64,000 nt of DNA, taken from the NCBI GenBank assembly GCA_029717555.1, contig JAMDHS010000100.1, forward strand, positions 1 through 64,000, in the 5' to 3' direction. The notes under the pieces were generated by a model. That model did not search any database. It had not been told where the DNA came from and saw nothing but the letters and a program-made list of their open reading frames with translations. How positions within the stretch are numbered: position 1 is the stretch's first letter; each line of letters opens with the position of its first letter. Positions 1 to 12,414 of this stretch are shown here, piece by piece. Made by a program: the position numbers and the translations under genes. This DNA is from Peribolospora baueri. Its lineage: Eukaryota.

Positions 1-91
1 TTTTCCATTTATTTTCCGTTCCGCACATAAACACCGACGCTCTTGGATGGTCCCCTGATTGAATTTCGTACCCCACCCCGCTCGGTTTCAG

Positions 92-376
92 GACGTGATC
101 ACCTCCCTCGCCGTACACCCGTCCAGCCCCTACTTCACCACCGGCTCCAATGACCGCACGATGCGAACCTGGGATGCCAGGACTGGCGCATGCGTGGCCG
201 TACACAAGGGCTTCCAGGATGGAGTGCTAGGCGTCGTCGCCGGGCGGGACGACGGGTTGACCCAGGGCGCCGAGACGGGAGGCCTCGGTGCTCAGCCGGG
301 CGTGGGTGCGGGAGGCAAGGGGTGGAAGGTGATCGGCGCGGGCGATGAGGGTGTCGCGCTTGTCTTCAGAGTGTAG
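92..376 (+). CDS. Last exon of a WD40-repeat protein, probably SQT1/AAMP-like ribosome assembly factor (5' part outside window)
   Basis: Acceptor TTTCAG before 92; DVITSLAVHP..FTTGSNDRTMRTWD WD repeat; C-terminal AGDEGVALVF motif. Confidence 0.65.
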   Translation, partial: DVITSLAVHPSSPYFTTGSNDRTMRTWDARTGACVAVHKGFQDGVLGVVAGRDDGLTQGAETGGLGAQPGVGAGGKGWKVIGAGDEGVALVFRV

Positions 377-728
377 AAAAGAAGGAGGGCGGATGAGTAT
401 CATCGTCTTGGATAGAAGGACTTTTCATCCATTCTGTCGCGGCACGCCGCTTCGATATCCGCTTCGAACATGGTATGGTTGGTTGGAGAGGGCAAGGTTC
501 GAACCACATTTCCAAAGAGGTACCCAATCAGCCCTTCCAGATCCGAACCAAAAGAGGAGGAGCAAACAAGACACGACACGACAGACAGAAGGGAGAGGAC
601 GCGAAGAGCTGATATGCGCACACGTGTAGGGCATCAAAGACAAAAGTCCGAACGAAGAATAAGCTAACTACACCCTTTCAGTATCGCCCGTCCCCGCGTC
701 TGTCCTCTGAGACGGCGCAGGCGGCATA

Positions 729-2546
729 TCACCCCACGAGCGAGTACCCGAGGTTCTGGTCCCTGTACTGATTCTCCATCTCCAGCAGCCTCTTCCATTG
801 CGGTTGGAGACGGGCGGGGAGGGAGGCGCCGAAGGCGGGATCACGCATCCATGCCTTCGAGGTGGCGGGGCGGACGGGGACGAGGAGGGGATGGGGTGAA
901 TTTTGTTGTCCAAAGCGGGAGGACAAGGAGGGCTAGCAGACAGACGAGATGGGCAAGAGCGTCACTCACCACCTCATGCTGCAAAACGTTCCTAGCCCTT
1001 TGCCCACCGCCCTGGCCCATCTCCCCGACGTCCCCATTGCACCCATGCAGCGTGCGCCTCTTCTCGGTGCTGATGTACTGTGCGCGGTGGAGGATGCGCT
1101 GCGAATAGAAGACGGATTGGCCGGTTCGGAGGCAGACACGGGCAGTCGTGGGAGGGTCTTCGGGGGAGGAGGAGGGCTGGACGGGGTGGAGAGGGACAGG
1201 TGCCGAGCTGGACTGCTCAGAAGCGCCAGCGGCGGCAGAGGACGAGGCGTCGGCGAGAGGGGTGGAAGGCACCACGGGAGGGGCCGGGGTGAGGTTGGCT
1301 TTGCGCTCGGCGGGGGTGCGCACTCGGGCGTGCGTGCCAGGGACGACGAAAAGGCACGAGTCGGGATAGAGGGCGCTGAGGGTGAGGGAGGAATGCCGGG
1401 CAGCCAGATTTGAACGGCACGATCTTCTAACAGAGATGGGTGCACGAGCCACTCACGTGTTCCATTGGACCTGGACAGAAGGACAAATGGGAAGGGGTGG
1501 TGATAAGAAACGACGCGAGTGAAAGAGACGAAGCTGCTCCTCTCACCCCGAAAGTGGGCGTCTCGAGTGTCTTCATCTCCTCCTCATCGACCTCGGGCCT
1601 GACGTCATCACGGTGAAACCCTAGGGCGAAGTCGTGTCTCTCAGGGTTAATGAGGAGGTTGAAGAGCTCCATCTGGAGACGCTCCTCAGGGGCGGAGAGG
1701 AGCGCTGTGATGACGAAGAGCATGGTGGGAGAGGAGTAGAACGCAGCAAAGGGAGAGGGCTGACCGGACGTTACGGGCAAGAGGGAGGGATGAAGGACGT
1801 GCTGGACGCCTGACGTGAGGCAGGAAGGACGAGTGACAGGTCAGGCAAGCGTCTCCCCGCCGTGATAGTCTAATTGGGCCTTTGGAGCTAGACCAGAAGC
1901 ACCGACTGCCCGCCGGACCCACCCCAGTAATCGTCCATTCCTTCGTCGAACGGCGGAAATTGCTTGCCTGAAATAAATAACAAAGAACGGGTTATGCGGG
2001 TGAGAAAGTGACGAGAGCTCGCCTCGGCAGGGTGAAGGTAGCAGAGACAACATGCTGGCTATGAGCCCGCTGAGCGGCCCAAGGCCGGGGCGGGCGAGTG
2101 CGTGTTTGCCTGGTAGGCTCACCTACAATGCGTCTGTGAAAGGAACGAGCGATGCCGTCCACACCGTAAGCGAGAGCCGTCAGGAAAACAGAAACGAGCC
2201 GCTGTCGTTTGGGGAGCGTCAGAGAAGAGGAGGCAAGCAGACGGCCGGCTCACCGATATTTCCAGTCGCCTTTCCTTACCCTCTCTGTCGCCGCCTCCGC
2301 CGCGGTTCTGAGTGAGTGTAACTGCAGGTCATCTTCGATGACGTCGTCGACGATGACGAATCCGTCCTGATCGTAGAGGTGCTTGAGGGTGTGGGAAAGC
2401 AGCTCCGGCGGGCAGGGCGGAGAGGCTTTGAGGAGGGAGAGGGGTAGGGAGCCAGTGCGAGCGTAGTGGTCCAGGAGGGAGGCTTGGGTATAGGGAGAAG
2501 GGGGAAGGGGATGAGAAGGGACAGCGTCAGTCACGTCAATGGTCAT
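729..2546 (-). CDS. Phytanoyl-CoA dioxygenase (PhyH) family protein, multi-exon
   Basis: Exon peptides LYDQDGFVIV, LQMELFNLLINP..FALGFHRDDV (HxD), CLFVVPGTH, GQSVFYSQRILHRAQY..RRTLHG, RNVLQH, LGYSL. Confidence 0.85.
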
Positions 2547-2688
2547 GGCTATGGGTGCGTTGCCGAGGGGGATACGAAGCAAAAATGAAAGATAAGAAGA
2601 GTCGGGGATGGGGGCGGGCAAGGGGAAAAGATGGTAGCGCAATCCTAACCCCACACACGGGGTAAGGCGGAAAAATGGTTAGAAAAAA

Positions 2689-2797
2689 TGCCCCAGCTAG
2701 GATTTGAACCTAGGACCCTCAGTTCGCATCGCAGGCACGGAAAAACCTGAAGCCCCAAAATACAAGACTGATGTTCTGACCACTGAACCACAAGGGC
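2689..2797 (-). tRNA. tRNA-Thr(UGU) with 36-nt canonical intron (2725-2760)
   Basis: Reverse complement folds: acceptor GCCCTTG/CTGGGGC, D arm GTTC/GAAC, anticodon arm TCAGT-CT-TGT-A[intron]A-ACTGA, T arm CTAGG-TTCAAAT-CCTAG; 73 nt mature; followed by T6 Pol III terminator. Confidence 0.95.
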
Positions 2798-3174
2798 GTC
2801 AGAAATGACAATGGGAAGTAAATATAAAGAGCGGAATGCGGGTGGACAAAAAAAATGCCGTCCGTCGGCTTTCTTTTTGGCTTGCGCGGACAGAAGGATA
2901 TGACGCAATGCGCCATTAACAAAGATGACGTAGGCGCATAACCCTATCCACGTATCGATCAGGCAGACCAGTTCGCCGAGGCGGGGGTTGTGAGAAGACG
3001 GATCAATCGGAGATAGGGTTACGCGGTGCCCAGCAACGTGCCCCATGGAAGACGGAGGGCCCTAGGGAGGAAGGATCCTCTCATCTCGCCTCGTCACGAC
3101 CACCAACTCCACCCGCACTCGCCACGTACTTCCCCCTCTCTTGCCCTCTCATCTGAGACTCCCATCTGCCCGAA

Positions 3175-4790
3175 ATGGCCTCCTCCCTTGACCAGCTCAA
3201 GCAGTACACCACCGTTGTCTCCGACTCGGGCGACTTCGAGTCCATCGACGCCTACAAGCCCCAGGTGGGTACAAACCCCGCCATCACACCTTGTCCTCGT
3301 CCTCCATCAACGCACGGGCACGCCGCCTGCTCGCTCAATGGTGCAGAGGGAGGAAGTGCAACGACAGCAGCTGATACCGTCTTTCCTCTGCCCCGTTTTT
3401 CGCCTTTCAACAGGATGCTACCACCAACCCGGTACGTCGCTGTTCTCCTTGCTCTCACGCCGGCCCAAGTCTTGGCTTGTGACAAGCTCGTCGCTGACTT
3501 GCAATCTCTTCGCTGCCCCTCCTACAGTCGCTCATCCTCGCGGCCGTTCAAAAGCCCCAGTATGCTCGCTTGATTGACGACGCTGTCAAGTATGCCAAGG
3601 AGAAGAACAAGAACCAGAACGTAACCCAGATTGTGGACGACGCCATCGACCGTCTCGTGAGTTGCTGACCGGCGTTTTCCATGCTTCCTGGCGAATGAGC
3701 TTCTTTGGCCTCGACCTCGGCTCACTCACGCCCGTTGGTTTCCAACCTAACCCTTCCCCCCAGCTCGTCAACTTCGGTACGGAGATCCTGAAGATCATCC
3801 CTGGTCGTGTCTCCACCGAGGTCGACGCGCGCTACTCCTTCGACAAGCAGGCGACCAAGAACAAGGCCAAGCACCTCATCGAGCTCTACGCCGCTCAGGG
3901 CATTCCCAAGGAGAGGGTGCTGATCAAGGTGGGCCCACGCGATACCTCACATGTTCTTCCCCGGACCGCTGCTGACCATCATTTTTATGCCTCCTCTAGA
4001 TCGCCTCCACCTGGGAAGGCATTCAGGCCGCTCGCGAGCTCGAGCACGAGGACGGCATCCACTGCAACCTCACCCTCCTCTTCGGTTTCGGCCAGGCCGT
4101 CGCGTGCGCCGAGGCGGGCGTCACCCTCATCTCGCCCTTCGTTGGCCGCATCCTCGACTGGTACAAGGCCAAGACGGGCAAGGACTACCCCGCGCCCGAG
4201 GACCCCGGTGTCAAGAGCGTCCAGAAGATCTACAATTACTACAAGCAGAACGGCTACAACGTGGGTCTCAGACGCCCCACAAGACCGTGCCGTCGTCCGC
4301 TGCGCGAGCTTACAAACCTCTGTTATTGCCTTCTGCCTCTCTTCGGGGACGTCATCCGCCGGACCGCACACAGACCCAGGTTATGGCCGCGTCGTTCCGC
4401 AACACCGGCGAGATTCTCGAGCTGGCCGGCTGCGACTTTGTCACTGTTGCCCCCAAGCTTCTTGAGGAGCTCAAGAACATGAAGACGCCCGTACCTCGCA
4501 AGCTCTCTCCTGAGCAGGGTGAGCCGAATTTCATCGCATTTTTTCCACAAGGCACACGAGTGTATAGTCGACGTCGGAGCTCAGACTAATACGCCTTGCC
4601 CCTCTCGCCCACCACAGCCAAGTCGGCACAGCCCATCGAGAAGATCAGCGTGGTCGACGACGAGCCCCTGTTTAGGTGGATGCTCCTCGAGGACCAGATG
4701 GCGTTCGACAAGCTCCACGAGGGCATCCGCAAGTTCGCCGAGGACGCGGTCACCCTCAAGAGCATTCTGAAGGAGAAGGTCACCGCGTAA
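3175..4790 (+). CDS. TAL1: Transaldolase
   Basis: [91 protein letters not shown]. Confidence 0.98.
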
Positions 4791-5431
4791 TCCGGCCCTC
4801 CTTACATGCCCGTTCTCTTCCTTCCCTCTCTTTATTCCACATCGCCCTGCGTATGTTGACCTCGTCCGCTCAAGCTGAAACAAGCCACATCCCCGTCTTG
4901 CATCAAGAGCCCCTCCGTGCACATGTAATCCTTCTTGATAACTATGTCATAAATATCAAGGCAACGTTTGATAGCCGACTCTTAGCCGAGCGCTTTGGTA
5001 TCTTTTCCTCGTCCACTTCTCTCGCATCGGCCGCATCTTCGTGTCCGTAGACTTGTCTGTTTGCTTCGAGCGCTGTCATGACGGTCGTTCTGACGGTTGG
5101 TCGATTGGTGCGAGGTCGTGCGCTTCGACGATTTCGACGATAGAACGGACCGACCTCGTGTGACAAAAATAGCCGATTCCTATCCAAGCCCGTCTTCCAT
5201 CTGCTGTCGGCCGAGATGACTTTTGGCCCGATCGGCCCAGGCAAATAACCCTAACCCCGCTTAGGTCCGGCCCTCCCTCCCGGCCGGAAGAACGGCAACG
5301 GCGGCTCGCACAGGTCTGGTCTCGTCTCGTCTGCCCGTCATCAACCCTCGTTCCCTCTTCCTTGCCCATTACCCCGCTCTACTGACTGACCACTGACCCG
5401 CGTCCGCCGACAAGACCACCGCCATCACCCC

Positions 5432-7724
5432 ATGGAGCACCTCCACACGGCAGCCGCCGACACCAACGCGGCCAGCTGGCCGGCGGCGCTTGAGCGCCTC
5501 ACCGCGACCCTCAACAGCTCGCTCACCTGCTTCTCCCAGACCTACCACCGCATCCCCGGCTCGGCCATCCTTCTCCGCTACATTGTTGCCTCGTACCAGA
5601 ACGATCCCATCCGCTCCTTGCTCGAGCTCCTTCTTCTCGCCTTTGCGGTCAGGACCATCTTGCAGAGCCGGACCAGGGGTGGGCAGAGCGGGACCAACTT
5701 TGTCAAGCTGAGCGAGAAGGTGGGAGCCAGTCTGGAGAAAGGAGGGAATGGCAAGAGGAGAGCGCGAGAAATGCGTTCGCTGGTGGTCAGGCGACCACAG
5801 ATGCGTCGCTCACTTTGCTTCACTTCCTCGCCCGTATTTCCCCCTGTTCCGCCCCGACTCAGGAAATCGACGACCTCGTGGACGAATGGACGCCCGAGCC
5901 GCTCTGCGCCCCGCTCTCCCCGACCGAGGTCTCTGAGCTGGCCTCTATGCCCGTTCTCGCCGGCGCCGCGGGCCCGCGGCCGAAGGTAGTTTCGACGGGC
6001 AAGACCGTGCTCAACCTGGCCAGCTACGATTTCTCCGGCCTCGCAAACGACGAGCGTCTCAAGACTAGGGCGATCGAGACGCTTAGGGTTTATGGCGTGG
6101 GCAGTTGTAGTCCGCCTTCGTTCTACGGCACCATCGGTGAGTGTGCCCGTTGGTTGTGAGGTGTTTTTGTCATCGTCTCCTTTCTCCGCACGTCAAATCG
6201 TCACTTATACTGTTCGTTCTCCGGACCCTCTTCCGCTCTCGCTCCGCCTCCCGCTCAGACGTTCACATGCAGCTCGAGGCGGACATTGCTCGCTTCCTGG
6301 GCGTCTCAGCGGCAATCATCTACTCCCAAGCCTTCAGCACCATCTCTTCTGTCATCCCGGCCTTCTCCAAGCGCGGAGACATCCTCGTCGTCGACAGGGG
6401 CGTCAACTTTGCTATTCAGAAGGGCATCCAGATCTCTCGCTCCACCGTGAGGTACTATGAGCACGGCGATATGAAGAGCTTGGAGAAGGTGCTGGAGGCG
6501 ACGAATAGGGAGGTGCAGAGGAAGGGCGGCAAACTCACGAGGCGGTTCATCGTCACTGAAGGCTTGTTCGAGGGCGACGGCTTCATCACCGACCTCCCTA
6601 AGATTGTGCGTTTACCGGTGTTGATTGGCGTATGTGCGTCGCTCCTTGCATCGCCTTCTCATCCGGGGCCCCATTTTTCTTTCCTCTCCATGCGCCACCC
6701 TCGCAATTTTAGATCGAGCTCAAGAAAAAGTACAAGTACCGTCTCATGCTGGACGAGTCCTTTTCATTCGGCATACTCGGCGCGACCGGCCGAGGACTGA
6801 CCGAGCTGTACGATGTGCCGGTGGGTCAAGGCTCGACTTTTGTTGACCCTATTCGGCGTTGTGAAGATGAAGGCTGACGGAATGCTCGAACATGCTCTCT
6901 TTCTTTCCCTTTCCCTCAGGCTACCGAAGTGGATATGCTCATCGGCTCGATGGCTAACACTCTCGGCTCGGGGGGCGGTTTCTGCGCGGGTTCGGAGGAG
7001 GTCGTCTTCCACCAGGTGAGCTCTTCAGTAACGAACGGTGCGATGCCGTGTACGGTGTCCTACTGTAGAGAAGACGGGATATTGACGTTGGTACCTCATT
7101 CTCTTGCATGTCACGCCTCAGCGTATCAACGGCCACGCTTTCATCTTCTCTGCTGCTCTCCCCGCTCTCCTAGCCGTCTCCGCCTCGTCCGCTATCTCCC
7201 ATCTTACCGCAACTCCCGACGCGCTCTCCTCGCTGCGAGAGAATACGCTCGCTGTACGCTCCGTGCTGGACAGGGCGGAGGGCGCGGTCATCCCCTCTCA
7301 TCCGGACTCTCCACTCATTCACGTCCAGATCCGTCCCAAGGCAGAGCAACCAACTGCCGCTGTGCAAGGGCTCGCCCCGCCCGTTATCGAGGCTTCCACC
7401 GGACGCGCCAAGTCGTCTACCAGGTCGGGCCGAAAACCCGGCAGCAGCGCTGCTCTAAAGCTTTCGCTGCCTTCCCCGCACGACTTGACCGTCGAGGAGC
7501 AACACAGCCTGCTCCAGAGCGTGGTGGAGGAGGCACTGGAGAACGGTGTGCTGCTTACGCGCCACAAGCGCCTGCCGGGCATCGCCCTCGGTTTGGACGA
7601 AGGGAGCGAGGCGAGGCCTAGTCTGAGGATCGCTGTGTCGGGAGCGTTGAGTAAGGAGGAGGCGACGAGCGCGGCTGAAACGGTGAGGGCAGCGCTGGAT
7701 AAGGTGCTGGCCGTAAGGAGATAG
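5432..7724 (+). CDS. LCB1: Serine palmitoyltransferase subunit 1
   Basis: [80 protein letters not shown]. Confidence 0.95.
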
Positions 7725-8575
7725 GGGGATTGACGGGCCCTTGGACGAGGCGGCGCTGCGTCGCCGCTTTTCGCTTTTCGCGCCCCTCTATCCCTCCTCA
7801 TGTTTCGTGTTTCCTTTGGATGTGATGACACTGGTCAGGTAGACAGGATGGAGCAACATGCCGGTCCTTCTTCCTACTCATTTTCTCCTCCCCCCTATCC
7901 CATCTCCCCATCTATTCTCTTAATGGCTACGCCCGTCCATGATAATGTCGCCCCTCTCGGAGAACTCGGTCCTCGCATACCTGTACTCCCACCTCTCTCT
8001 CGGCCCGCCGAATATGAGTCCGCCGCCATCGGCCTGAGATGGGGTCCGCCGTGTCACGTCGCTCGATGGCGCCCATGTCGATTGTAACAGACCATCCTCT
8101 CACTCGCGCCATGCCAAATCGAGACAAAGTAGACACTTTGATCCCCACCGGGTTTTTGGATGCGCTGACGAGAAACGAAAATGTTGGAAGGCGCGCTTGC
8201 TCGCCTGTGCCGTCCGCCAGATGTTGCACCGGACTCTGACTGACAAGCCACAACGGATGCCGCTATGCCAACCTCTTTCCAGAATACACTGCCACTCCAA
8301 TGGCCATCTGTTGGACGGTGCCAATGAGCAAGCGCTCAACGACGGTCGATGTGAAGCATCTTCCTGGATCAAGCTCTTTCTCAACTCTCCACTTTGACGG
8401 ATGCGTTGATACCATGGCTATCCAGCTACATCACCGTGCCCATCTGCCTAACGAAAGCAACCTCAACCGACGCCGCGTCGACAACATAGTTCAGCAATTC
8501 ATCATCACGAGGAAAGAGAAAAAGCCGTGCCCGGCCCGGTTTCGAGGACGGAGTATGGGCCGGTCGCACGGTAGA

Positions 8576-10167
8576 CTAGCCCTGTGCGTCGAGATCGCTG
8601 TGCCATCTCTGAACGACGTTCTGATGGCTTCTCGTGAGGCCCTTCCAAGCCGCCCAGCCGAAATAATCCACCTCTTCTTCCTCCTCTCGCTCTCGGCTTT
8701 CCTTCGCCACACTCTCTTCTCCACGCTCTTTGGCTGACTTTGCCCGCAGAGCCTTCGTAGCGTGCAGGTCTCCCTTGGGAACGTCGGAGACGATACCGTC
8801 GGCGCCCCCTCGAGCTTCATAAACGGAGCGAGAAAGGCGAAGGACTGAGGGGGAAAGTGAGGAGGAGGGAAGAGGACGAAGTCGGGAGGTGAGAGAAGGA
8901 GTGGCGAAGTAGGCGATCTGTAGAGAGAAGCGGCCAGGGACGATCAGCAGCCGCCCTTTGCGCACGCAGGATTCGCACCCTGCCGAAAGCTGCCAACTCC
9001 GACCTGTCCCTGGACTCACCGAGAACCTCTCTCTGTCAGCGCCCTCCTTCACGACCACACGATGCGTGGCAGCCTGAAAGATACCCCGGGAGACAAACTC
9101 TACCTGCTGTCCCATGTTGACGACCAAGTGATGCTCCTTGGGAGGCACGTCTATCCACCGTCCCCGGAAATCTTGTACCTGCAAGCCTGGGACGTCGTCC
9201 GTAGCCAGTAGCGTCAGCCATCCTCCGTCCTTGTGCGCGCCGACGCCTTGGGTCGAGGTGCTGTCACGACGGATCGAGTCGACGGTCTGCGGAAGGAGGG
9301 GCAGAAGCAGAAGGCTGAGCGAAGGCGTACTACAGTACGAGGTGACAAGTGCGCAGGAACGAGGCGAGCCGGACGCACCTCGGCACTGGGGTACCGAATC
9401 GTCTTCATCCTCCCATACCTCGTTCTCCTTCCCTCCACCAGCTCGCCTTCTAACATCTTGCTCAACACCCCGCTCTCCGCGCCGAGAGCCTCCTCCAATG
9501 CGGTGGTAAGCTCGGCAGCGAGATCGGTGCAGCGTCGGAACCAGTCTGATACAAGCTCGCGATGCGACGGTAGAACGTCAGGGGAGGGGTGCTGGTTCGG
9601 ACCGAGCAGGTGGAGGAAGGGGTATGTGGCGAGGTGCGAGGAGGTGGAGGGCAGCGGGTCGACGTCTGGCCCAAAGTCGATCTGCAACATTCGTAGCAAG
9701 ACGGGAGCCGGCGTACACAGACAAAAGTCGCAAACATCAGCGAGGGGAAGGAGCGACTGCTGGGGTTTGAAAGTCTCGGGTAATCGCACCTGATCCCGAT
9801 GGTCCACCTTGCCCAGCGTTCTCTCGTCCGCGAACTTGGAATACCCTCTGAAATGCCTGCTCTTCTCTATGTCGATCTTCATCCTCTCGTCCAATGGCAG
9901 GTCGAAGAACCTCTTCGACACGTCGAACAGCTCGTCCCACAGCCTTAGGGGAAGGGGTGGGTTGGAGAGGTAGAAGAAGCCCAACCCGTCGGCCGGTGTG
10001 GAGGGGTCGGATGTGGGCGAGCCGATGAGGGTAGAGCGGAGTTGGGAGACGAACTCGGGCCGAGTGGACGGGGAGAGGAGGAGGGTGTAGTCGAGCACAG
10101 CGGCGCCGTGGGAGGGCGGGGCAGGCGGCGGGGAAGGGGAAAGAGGGACGTCGATGGTGGCCGTCAT
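8576..10167 (-). CDS. 2-oxoglutarate/Fe(II)-dependent oxygenase (DIOX_N / isopenicillin N synthase-like fold)
   Basis: GFFYL, FFDLPLDERM, HFRGY, GVGAHKDGGWLTLL (HxD), VVNMG, ATHRV, RFSIAYF (RxS). Confidence 0.92.
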
Positions 10168-10508
10168 TCTATCTTATCGCGGGGCCAAAGAGCTAGTACG
10201 AAGACGGGGAGCAAGGTGGGTGAGCGAAGGTGAGCGAGCTAGAGACGGCGGCGACAAGGGGCCCAGACAGCTGCAAGATGGTGGCAAGAACGAAGACAAG
10301 TCAAAACCACTGCTCGCGATTACGTTTGCCTTGGCCGACGACGTCTTGGTGGGGCTCGCCGGACGATGTCGCCATCGACGCCGGCGTTGTGCGACGTCGG
10401 CCGGCGTCTTCTTGTGCAAGTGATCGCGCAATTTCCGGATTTCATCAACGCTCGCCTTCTTCCACTGTCCACGTCGTCGAGTCGTCCTCGTCCGACTCGT
10501 CACCCGCC

Positions 10509-11858
10509 ATGGCCTCCGATGACCATAGAAATGCCGACTTGCAGACCAAGGAGTACTGGTGAGACGACCTATGTGGCCCAGCCCAGGATGGACCATTCGT
10601 CCCTCGTTGCCTGCATCTGGAGGCCCACGACACCACTTCACTTCGCAGCGCCATGCTGACGTCCCGCCCTCGGCTCATCTTTGGTCGCATCGAAACCATC
10701 TCCTAATCGCACCCGTCCATCGCATCCTCAGGGACAAGCGCTACGCGGGAGAGGAAGAAGGCGCGACGTTTGACTGGTTCAAGAAGTACGATCAGATCAA
10801 AGACGTCTTCGCCGAGCTCATACCGGACAAGGAGAGCAGCGTCTTGATGCTCGGTTGCGGCAACTCGAGTGAGTGAGCTCTTTGAGCCTTCCTCTTTCTT
10901 GTCGTCGCCCTCGTTCGGCTGTGGGAGCGGGACCGAGACTGACGTCGGCACGGGTCGTTGGGCGCCCCTTTGAATCTTTGCCCCCCTCTCACCTTTCTTA
11001 CCCGTCCATCGCGCGAAAGCCCTGAGCGAGGACATGTACGCTGACGGATACCGGAACATCGTCAGCGAGTGCCCCGGCTCCGCTCCATCTGCCCTCCATC
11101 TCTCCGCTTTTGCCGCTGACTCCGTCTTCCTTTTCATGCTTCGTGCCACAGACGTCGACTACTCGTCGGTGGTCATCTCTCGTATGCGTTCTAGGCACCC
11201 GCAGATGGAATGGATAGAAGCGGACGTGAGGGACATGTCCATGTTCAAAAAGGGCAGCTTCGACGTCGCCATCGACAAAGGTACGTCTCCGGCCGCGGCG
11301 GACCGTCTCCTCTAGCGGAGGGATCTCCCGTTTCATCGTCATGCTGAAAGCGTCTCCGCACCGACCTGGCTGGCCGCCTGCTCTACGCAGGCACCCTGGA
11401 CGCCCTCGTAGCGACAGACGGATCGGTGTGGGATCCGCCGGCGGACGTCGTCGAAAATGCTCGGAGGGAGATCGACGAGGTGATCCGGTGAGCGGCCGAT
11501 GCGATGCGGCTCGAGTTTGATCGCCTCCTCGCCCTCGTCTTTATTGTCGTCGTCGTGACCGCCGGGGAAAAGCCCGCCTGATCCTTCTGTCCTTGCTGAC
11601 GATTCTTCTTTTATCCGTCCGCCCACTTCCAAACCCACACGGCCACCCGTCCGTCGGTACATCGGACCGACCAGCGTCCTCACCCCGACCGGCACGTTCA
11701 TCTATCTAACCTTCGGCCAGCCTCACTTCCGAAAGCCGTTCCTCGTCCGCCAAGGTCCCGAGGCCGACGGCGCCGTCGGTTGGCGCCTCGAGGAGACGCG
11801 CACGCTGGGGGATGCGTGGCATTACTATCTCTATGTCTGCCGGAAGGGGCAAAAGTGA
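10509..11858 (+). CDS. SAM-dependent protein lysine methyltransferase, EEF1AKMT4/ECE2-N-like
   Basis: KEYW|DKRY, FDWF, VLMLGCGNS, NVDYS, FDVAIDKGTLDAL, FIYLTFGQPHFR, HYYLY. Confidence 0.88.
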
Positions 11859-12414
11859 TGTGACGCACGAAACTGCATGCATTCTATGCCTCCGACGACG
11901 ACGGCCAACTGGCGAGTCTAGCGAAGAAACACAAGACAGCAGACGTCAGGAAGACTGCGGGACAAGAACGTTCGGCTTCGAGGACGGCAGATGTTGCCCG
12001 TGCACGAATAGCAAACATTGTAGAATGATTGAACGCAAAGGTTCACACGAACGGGTAGATGGACAAGCTAAAAGTACATGCGAGGGAGCGAGGTAGCGAG
12101 ATAGCGAGGTAGCGGAGGAGCAAGGAGCGAGGAGCGAAGGGGCGCAAGAGGGGAAGAGCATGCATGTGCGAACGAGAGAAAAAAAAAGGAGAGCGAGCTG
12201 TCGCCACACAGGGCTCGTGAGGTAAACAAGGAGCGAGCGAGGGATACGTGTCTGCGTGCGACACAACGTGCGAGGAAAGCGCATCGGTCGCCTTCCCCCC
12301 TTCCGGCCGATCCATCTAAGACCTGTACGTGGAGTTGGACTGGGCGCCGTCATTAGTCTCGACTGAGCCCGTCTTCCATCGACTGCATCCAATCGGTGCG
12401 GACGGAGATCACGA

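Noticed and set aside
2689..2797. tRNA as a pseudogene because of a U-U mismatch in the acceptor stem
   Set aside because: All other arms, the A/B boxes, the intron position and the terminator are canonical; one mismatch is tolerated
7800..8570. Short ORFs between LCB1 and the 2OG oxygenase
   Set aside because: No recognisable motif or consistent splice structure; probably convergent 3' UTRs
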